Source: Nemertoderma westbladi
Lineage: Eukaryota > Animalia > Xenacoelomorpha
DNA: 42,507 bases
Reading direction: 5' to 3'
NCBI GenBank assembly: GCA_032718475.1
Contig: JAUCBJ010000493.1
Span: 1-42,507, forward strand
The notes beneath the pieces are model-generated. The model worked only from the letters and a program-made list of their open reading frames with translations. It searched no databases and was not told where the DNA came from. Below, in pieces: positions 35,038 through 42,507 of the stretch; the first letter of the stretch is position 1, and each line of letters opens with the position of its first letter. Made by a program: the position numbers and the translations under genes.

Positions 35038-36275
35038 TGTTCGCGCTTTCAGACCTTTGGCAGTTTAACCCGCCAAATTAGGATGTCTTCTAGATAATAA
35101 ATCGCTTTAGCCTCTGACAAGTATTTAATTCACTACACTAGTTGAAACCAATCTGTGCGCGATCATTCACCCGTTGGATATACCCGGGAGATTGATTTCG
35201 ACAGCTTAATCGTATTGCTATGTAAGCCTAATGTATTATTCGACTGACAGTATTATATAATCTCTGACAATATTATTCACCTTCGGGGAATATTAACAGT
35301 TCCTTTAGGACGTGGCGCTCTATCTATATAAACAGAGTTATGACTTAAACTACTCACAACGATATGGCTCAGTTATAATTCACATATATGTCGCATTCTT
35401 TAGGAAATGCTTCTTTATCAGTTTCACTCATACACAATGCTGCACAATACTGCACACTAATCTGCCGATCTTCACTGATTTTAGTCACATATAAAAGGAA
35501 CACAGACTGGCTCATGTAGGGTATATCAAATAACATTAGATTCACTTCAAACCACTTTAACATAAGTCACAATCGTTATATGTAACCCTTCTCTCTTACC
35601 TTCGGTATATCAAGAATATTGGGTTTTCGGGGTTATTTCTCGTTATTCCAATATAATAATTCATCAACAAATATAATGAATAACAGACAGCAAAATCAGT
35701 AAAGTTAAGGTATAAATGATTTTGTATGGTATGCCGCATTTATGGATGTTATGCAGGTCGATAAAGGATATATGTCCTTATAATTAAGCCTACTAGTGTA
35801 AGGCTAAAGCAGAAAAGCACAAAATACTCTAAAGCCGTTCTTCCTGGCTTAGAATCACTAACAACACTGATAAGAATAACTATAAGAATACCAGCTACCC
35901 TTATTCCACGAAGCTCCCGTCCAACACAGAGGATGAGCATTGAGATAGGAAAATTCAGTTCAGTAGCTCTGTGATAGGTCAAAATCAAAGCCAACTCAAA
36001 TCCTATTGGCAGATACAGAAAGCTGCAACGTGGCAATATCAGCCGTTAGCCGTCGTCATGGTAGCGACACTGTTTTCAAGAGTATCGAGCTTTTTACGTC
36101 ATGAAATTGCAGATTATGTCCTCTAAAGTACAAGTACAGTTCAAATACAGAAGAAATGACTTTTATGTCCTCTAAAACACCAGTACAGCAAGGACACGGC
36201 CTTTTTATGCCTGGCAAACCAACTACAGAGTACTTTAAGGGAAAATAACCGGTTAATGACGCAAAAGCTTTTACA
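35038..36275 (-). repeat. 5' LTR of BEL copy C
   Basis: Direct repeat of 24141-25378. Confidence 0.96.
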
Positions 36276-36374
36276 CAGTCTATCTATAGCAGAAACTAAC
36301 AAAATTCCTTGACTTGGTGCGGCACCCTCAATATAATCTGACCATTTAAATTATCAAAATACGTACTACACACC

Positions 36375-36660
36375 CATCCATCTTACTAACATAATCATTC
36401 GTACAGTACGTGGACTCGGGTTACAGCGGGATTCCACATTTCATTCATATAATAAACCCCCCAAGTCTTGTCTTACTAACATGATCATTTTGTACAGTAC
36501 GTGGACTCGAGTTGCAACGAGATTCCACTTATCATTCACTTAACAAGCCCCCCCTCAGTCCCACTAACATTATCAAGTACTGTAAGTGGCCCCAGGTTAA
36601 AGCGGGCTGCCACATGTTCATTCATATAACCACCCCCCTCTCGATATATACTGACATTAT
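36375..36660. repeat. ~100-bp diverged tandem repeat (3 units), each with a GTGG...CCAC hairpin
   Basis: ACTAACAT...GTACAGTACGTGGACTCG...ATTCCAC...TCATTCA...CCCCCC is repeated. Confidence 0.7.
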
Positions 36661-37220
36661 ATTATATAATTAATAATAGTAACCCTTCACAATGCCCATC
36701 AACCTCAAACAGAATTATTGAATCTCTGCACATTCATTGGTCGAATCTACTAATTTGTTAGCCCTAGTATGTCCGTCATGTGTTACATCAATGCAAACCT
36801 CATGTTTTAGGCCTGACCCCCTCCATTCAGCATCTTGACCTCCTGTTATCACCTCGCGATGTAATAATTTACCATTATATACTTCATTCTGAGCAATTTC
36901 GTCAGTCTTCCTATTTTCTCCACCGGTTGTCACAAATTGTTTTTTACCACTCGCTCACTCGCTCGCTCCCCGTCCGCTCGCTTGCACGCCTTTTCATTCG
37001 TCCCATTTCATTTACTTTGATAACACTTTATTTCTACTGATATTTGTAACCACATACACTCGAAGTAAATGTTTCATTCAATTCCCCTCCCCTTATTTTA
37101 TCAATATTTTTACTACGTTATCGAAATATATTATGTTATTTATTAGTGCTTTTATTGTCCACATTTCATTATCATAACTGCCCGTGATTTGTAAATACAA
37201 AACGATTGAATGCGAGCGCG

Positions 37221-37599
37221 TTAATAAATAAACTCAATTTTGCAACCGAAACCTCCCTTGAGTGTCCCAATGATAGACAGCATGCCTGTTTTTACAAGAT
37301 AAACTGGGGTTTTCTTGCCACCAACTCCAAGCTGTGCCATGTTAAAACAAGATGGTCCACGATCGCTAGCCAGAACATCACATGTATTCTTTGACTGGTT
37401 ATAAAAGTTCTCGCAAGCAGTCTTAATATTCGGGATAGTAAGTTCGTCGTAAGTAAACGGTACAAATTCGCGAGTATCCAATGGTTCGTACTTCTTCATC
37501 TTACCGGATGGGACAGAACTCAGCCGTAAAACAAGAATTTCATTCGGTGTCTCGGTTTTCGATTTCACAGAACTCCGGACTTTTCTTTCCTTAATCTTA
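37221..37599 (-). pseudogene. Second (convergent) ORF of the IS3EU-type element, 5' part
   Basis: Open frame ...LTIPNIKTACENFY...CDVLASDRGPSC positioned inward from the right TIR; no in-frame ATG at its 5' end. Confidence 0.55.
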
Positions 37600-38330
37600 A
37601 TTTTAAACCATAATCACTATTCCATGCCATTATTAGCAGAAACCCTTAAATTACCTACCTCCCGGGCCTGATCACTGCTGCCGCATTGTACCTACAAGAT
37701 TTGTATGTAGGCCTACTGATGTAGGCTCGTAGCTTGAATTTCAGTACCGGAATACTGAAACTAATCTCGAACTACAGGATACTGGAAGCCTACCGGTACA
37801 GCAAAACAGTATGTTAGTTAATGATACTGCAGGAAATACACATTTTGGCAGCTGTAGGCCATGTTTCCATGTGTTTGAAAGTATTTGGCAGCAGTCGGCC
37901 ACGTGTGAATTCAATTTTACTTTGCAATTTTTTTTTCTATTTCGCTGTGGCCGAGTACTGCCACCTATACAGTATAATATAACTGCAGTGGTTAGTATTA
38001 AATGAATACCTGGCAGCTGTAGGCCACGGTGGGTTTAAGAAAAAAATTTAACATATTTTTTTATTGAATTTTTTTTATTGAATTTTTTTATTTAATTTTT
38101 TTGTAATTTTTTTTATTGAAATTTTTTTTATTGAATTTTTTTATTGAATTTTTTTTATTGAATTTTTTTTTAATTTTTTTTATTGAAATTTTTTTTATTT
38201 AATTTTTTATTGAAATGTTTTATTGAAATTTTTTATTGAAATTTTTTTTATTGAATTTTTTTTATTGATTTTTTAACCGATTATTTTTATTAGACATTGA
38301 TGGTTTATGTGGCAGCAGTCGGCCACCATA
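37600..38330 (-). repeat. Right TIR of the IS3EU-type element
   Basis: Reverse complement of 22312-23045. Confidence 0.93.
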
Positions 38331-39970
38331 CTAGTGGATTGCGGAGCCGAAGTTTCGGTTTCCCCCACCATGGACAATGACAAATGCACCTACCCCACTG
38401 CACCGTTGGTTGCTGTCAATGGCATTCTGATTGCCACTTGGGGTAAAAGGATGATCAACCTCCACCTTGGCAAGGGCCATGTCCGTGTCTTCACGCAGGA
38501 GTTCCACGTAGTCAATGTTACTTCTCTGATCCTCAGCACCATCAACCTTGCAGGGAGATCTTTAATATGTATATCTGTATGAATATGTCGAACTTTAAAG
38601 CGATCCTGAAAAAGATCGCTTGTCACCATCTGCTATCGCTGAAATCCACATCAACCACGCCAGACCCTGCTAGCAGCTCCTCTATGGGTTTCTGGAACTC
38701 CTAATCCCAAGATTCGAGACGACTGCAGCCAACAAACATGGTGTGGAGCACCACATCATTAGTGAGGGACCTCCTCTACACACGCGCACCCGTCGGCTCA
38801 TCTCTGAGATAGTCACGGATGCCAAGGCTGAGTTTGCTAAGATGGAAGAACACAGAATAATCTGATGTTCGAACTCACCATGACCCTCCCCACTACATAG
38901 TACCCCTAAACCAGGTGGTGGTTGGCAGTCCTGCAGTAACTACCGCCGGCTCAACAACGCCACTGTTGAAGACCGATACCCCCTACCACACATTCAAGAT
39001 TTCAACAGTCACCTGGAGGGTATGTTGGTCTTCTCCAAGATCGATTTGATACTGGGATACCATCAGATCCCCATGGCAACCAAAGATACCCGGAAGACAG
39101 TGATTATCACTCCCTTCAGTCTTTGAGAGTTCCTCAGAATGCCATTTGGGCATAAAAACGCCATCCAGGCGTTTCAACAGCTCATAGATGGCAACCTATG
39201 TGATATCCCATTCGTGTTTGCCTACCTCAATGACATCCTGGTAGCCAATTGAACAGTTGCTGAGCACATCAACCACCTCCGCCAAGTTTTCCAGCTCCTA
39301 TCAAACAACGGAATGGTCAATAACTGTGCCAAGTGCATCTTTGGTGTCTCTGAACTGAGTCACCCCTCTTCGTTCTTCTTGTGCATCGGCAACAAAGTAG
39401 TTGCCAATGCCATATCTCGCGCTCCAATAGCCAATGCCGTCCCATCATCTCTCCCACCGTCGATTTCCGGCAATTTGCAACTGCGCAACGGTCATCCACC
39501 GAGGTCAATGATTACAGGACTGCCATCACCAACCTCATCCTCGAAGATGTCCCCTTCGACGACTTCACCCTCCTGGGCGATGTCTCCACAAGTAGAACTC
39601 ATCCCATAATCCCTAAGCAGCGGACTCTGCGTGTATTCGATGCAATGCATGGACTCGGCCATTCCAGCTGTCAGCCACCACAACGTGCCGTCTCATCCCA
39701 CTTCGTCTGGCATGGCCTGAAATGCAACATTTTTAGATGGTGCCAAGAGTGTCACACATGCCAATCTTCTAAAATTCACCAGCACGCCCATGCTCCACTC
39801 ACACGTCGACAACCCCCAGATTCCTGGTTCAACAGCCTATACATCGACATCGTTGGCCCTCTACTGGTCTCCAAAGGTATGACATATCTATTTTTGATCA
39901 TAGATTGCTTCAGCCGATGGCCAGAAGTCATCCCAGTTTGTGACTCAACCACCGAGACCTGCACCCGAGC
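38331..39970 (+). pseudogene. Gypsy pol: protease, RT, RNase H mostly deleted, integrase truncated
   Basis: LVDCGAEVS; NYRRLN...DRYPLPHIQD; FSKIDL..GYHQIP; MPFGHKNA; YLNDIL; jump to VVANAISR; H..GH...CHTC; IDIVGPL; IDCFSRWPE; many stop codons. Confidence 0.92.
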
Positions 39971-40474
39971 CCCTAGGAACCGAAGGTAGTTTACTGTCAC
40001 AATTCAGCCCTGAAATGAATCTGTGTTGGTTTTATGATTCAGTGATCAAATTCAAAACGGTTCTAACGAATTTCCCAATTCTTTCAGCATGGGTAGATAG
40101 ACACCCTAAATCTAAGATCACTCACAAATTTTCAGACTCGGAGGGTCCGCGATCTAGTAATGAAAAATGAATATGCTAAAAATGAATCTTGATCGAACTC
40201 AACTAATCCAAAACTCAATTTTTAAATTATCGCTAAGAAAATCCCCCTCCATACACTCTATGTTGAGTCGGTATTCAGTTTCACAAGGGGGTCTACCATG
40301 GTATGCCCATAACTAACCTTCAGTATAACTAACAACTTATAAAAAAGTCATGTACTACATTTTTTAAAATAATAAATTGTTTCTTGTATTAAAATGATGT
40401 TTTATTCATATTAATATTTTCAGCTGATCTTGAAATTATGTCCAGCATGAATATAAACCTACGTTACACAAACA

Positions 40475-40837
40475 TTATTCACCAGAACTCGATGTAACAG
40501 ATTCCTTGCCCTCAATAACTTTTAGCCATTGGTTCCTGACTTTTATACTTACGAACCAAAACTTATCCTTCACTTTGCCCTTTTTCACTAATTGAATTCC
40601 ATGTTCTAACAATAGGCCTATCATTCTCTCACCATGATTCGTTGTTATTGGTTCTGCAATGTATTCCTCTAGGGCATAGATTTTGTCTTTGTTTGTCGGT
40701 ATTAAGGAACAATCTCGTGTTATGCTCAATTGGTTTTTGTTCTCTCCGGTGGATTTTATTTCTCCCCAATATAGTTTCGGTTTTTTTAAGATTCTATCTT
40801 TGTAGATGATTCCTTCCATTGCAAATTTCCTTAGTCG
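40475..40837 (-). CDS. Terminal exon (PH-like domain), paralogue 2
   Basis: Acceptor TTTAG|CGA at 40838, phase 0, 121 codons. Homologous to 12598-12984, including the 3' flank (40324-40475 vs 12449-12598). Confidence 0.7.
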   Translation of the reverse strand, partial: RLRKFAMEGIIYKDRILKKPKLYWGEIKSTGENKNQLSITRDCSLIPTNKDKIYALEEYIAEPITTNHGERMIGLLLEHGIQLVKKGKVKDKFWFVSIKVRNQWLKVIEGKESVTSSSGE

Positions 40838-40944
40838 CTAAATATACAAATCGCACCATAAATATAATAGGCCTATAGATATAATGAAATTGTAGGGATA
40901 AAAGGACTACTATTCGATATAAAAAAGTAAGTGGAAAATTTGCA

Positions 40945-41150
40945 GGATATTGCTTTTGCCATGAGGACCAGCCAGTGCATAATCTTGTGCTTTGGCAGCC
41001 TCATGGAGTGAATAAGCATGGTGGGCAGCCCATGATTTTCTTGAGACATGTCTTAAAGGACACTGGCCTTGAAGATGAGGATGATTTAGCAAATGTCATG
41101 GGTGATAGGGAGTTATGGCGGTGCAATTTTGTCGACAAGCACCGTAGGTG
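40945..41150 (+). mobile_element. RTE-clade LINE 3' fragment
   Basis: LVLWQPHG...GGQP...DTGLED...MGDRELWR, a typical RTE ORF C-terminus. Confidence 0.72.
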
Positions 41151-41229
41151 CACCATCGTAGGTGCAGATGAGGGTAAAGGCGTGTGTACTTTTCATTGTA
41201 GATCTAAACAAGTAGTAATAGGCAAATCG

Positions 41230-41570
41230 ACCATTGATTATTTTATAGGCGGAGTAAAATTACTTAAATTGTGTGTAGAGTTTAGTGTAAGTGAGTGACT
41301 CGACAGTATATTCAAACCACAGCGTGGTCTCACCGGCTTTCAGAACTAGGCCAGAGTTACAAACTACTCCGGTGGCATGTACTGTACAGGACCAAAAGTA
41401 TGGAACAAGCAAAAACCTAATGAGACAAAACGGTATGGTTGGAATATAAAATTTGCCGAGAGGTACCGCAGTGACCTTGAGCCTGAAAATGTTAGGTGTC
41501 GATGAATGAGATCCTGGATATATGCACAAGCGGTAACCCCAGAGTAGCCCCACACCACACAATATTTAAT
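41230..41570 (+). mobile_element. Possible CR1/L2 LINE 3' fragment
   Basis: One frame reads YCTGPKVWNK, resembling the GPKLWN motif at CR1/L2 ORF2 ends. Confidence 0.35.
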
Positions 41571-41686
41571 GATTACTTAGTAATACTAATAGATTCGGCA
41601 ACCTAAAGGCAGTAGCAAAGCTAGTGGAGCCATTAGGTTGATGAAGTAAGGTGGGGCATGGATTATTGTTTACTTTTAGAATAATT

Positions 41687-41845
41687 GGGGGCGGGGGGGG
41701 GGGGGGTTAGAACGGGGGGGGGGTTAGAACGGGGGGGGGGGGGGGGTAGAATCTGAGGGGGGTATAACGGGAGGGGGGGGGGGGCTTAGAACGGGGGGGG
41801 GGTAGAATCTGAGGGTGGTTAGAGCGTGAGGGGGGGGGGGGGGGT
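41687..41845 (+). repeat. G-rich minisatellite (Gn-TTAGAAC / Gn-TAGAATCTGA)
   Basis: Multiple long G runs with short spacers. Confidence 0.85.
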
Positions 41846-41879
41846 ACTCAGTAGTAGCGTGAAATTTGGATTGGACGAG

Positions 41880-42507
41880 TATTCAAGGGGATATTAGTAA
41901 ATTTGGGACGGGAATCTGAAGGGCTGGGTTAGCACTATAGATCAAATACTTATTCTTAATTCGCTCATTACAAGTACAACGTGGTCAAATCATGCGTTAG
42001 ATGTTACGGTAATTTGTCGGTAAATAGTTTCGATTTTCTTATGGGAGTCCGTCAAGGAGAATGTTTCTCTCCACTCTTGTTTGCGCTTTTCTAAATGATC
42101 TGGAAGCGAATTTGTCCGCGAGGGGCTTGATGGACTCGAAGTGGGCACCTTCCGTTTGTTCCTTTTCTTTTTGCGGACGACGTGGTCTTGGTTGCCAGTA
42201 GTGTATCTCAACTCCAAGCACACTCGATGTGTTGGAGACCTACTCTACATATTGGGATATGGAGGTGAACCTTAGTAAGTTAGAAATCTTCGTGTTTAGA
42301 CGTTTGTTGTCGTAGATTAGGTAGTAAAGAACACTGGTTTTAACGGGGACAGGGAGTCACAGAAGTTCCTTTTTTTACTTATTTGGGTGTAGTAGTATTT
42401 TATTATACAGGCAATTTCTACAGAACTCAAAAGTCTTTGGCAGAGAAAGCTAACAAAACGTTTTTTCCATGGTAAAATATATGTCTGCGATAGAGTACCT
42501 GTCTCTT
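41880..42507 (+). pseudogene. Decayed LINE reverse transcriptase fragment (L2/Daphne-like)
   Basis: GVRQGECFSPLLFALFLNDLE, FADDVVLVA, WDMEVNLSK and FTYLGV motifs across frameshifts. Confidence 0.85.

Larger units (their letters stand above)
24141..36275 (-). mobile_element. Full-length non-autonomous BEL/Pao LTR retrotransposon (copy C)
   Basis: Two 1238-bp LTRs with TG...CA ends; TSD CAGTC at 24136-24140 and 36276-36280; BEL-type Gag and protease; RT and integrase absent. Confidence 0.96.
22312..38330 (+). mobile_element. IS3EU-type DNA transposon with ~730-bp TIRs, inserted in the Gypsy protease motif
   Basis: TATGG...CCATA termini; 6-bp TSD CTAGTG at 22306-22311 and 38331-38336; removal restores TYLVDCGAEVSV; two convergent ORFs. 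Confidence 0.88.
21375..39970 (+). mobile_element. Decayed Ty3/Gypsy retrotransposon, outermost host of the nest (own sequence 21375-22311 and 38331-39970)
   Basis: PBS-like TGGTGACCC (tRNA-Trp type) at 21375; order gag, protease, RT, integrase; LTRs not confidently located. Confidence 0.88.

Noticed and set aside
41697-41800. Telomeric repeat
   Set aside because: The units are irregular Gn-TTAGAAC, not tandem TTAGGG or TTAGG.

Overview
This is a eukaryotic (probably invertebrate animal) window, AT-rich and almost entirely made of nested transposable elements around two paralogues of a small host-like PH-domain gene. (1) A BEL/Pao LTR family occurs as a young full-length copy (24141-36275, minus strand, near-identical 1238-bp LTRs, CAGTC TSD), two partial copies and a solo LTR (1-10328). 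The full copy encodes Gag plus protease joined in frame to an RNase H tail, with no RT or integrase. It has no recognisable tRNA PBS, and its ~2.1-kb leader carries a tandemly duplicated RNA structure supported by covariation. (2) A DD35D pogo/Fot transposon is itself hit by a LINE tail. (3) An IS3EU-type transposon with ~730-bp TIRs sits inside a decayed Gypsy element and contains the BEL copy. (4) There are several LINE fragments (CR1/L2 group, RTE) and foldback/MITE arrays. The best candidates for new biology are the RT-less, PBS-less, RNA-structure-rich BEL element, the TACCGGTA excision-footprint signature, and the unknown-domain+PH gene pair. All calls were made by eye; no searches or folding programs were run.
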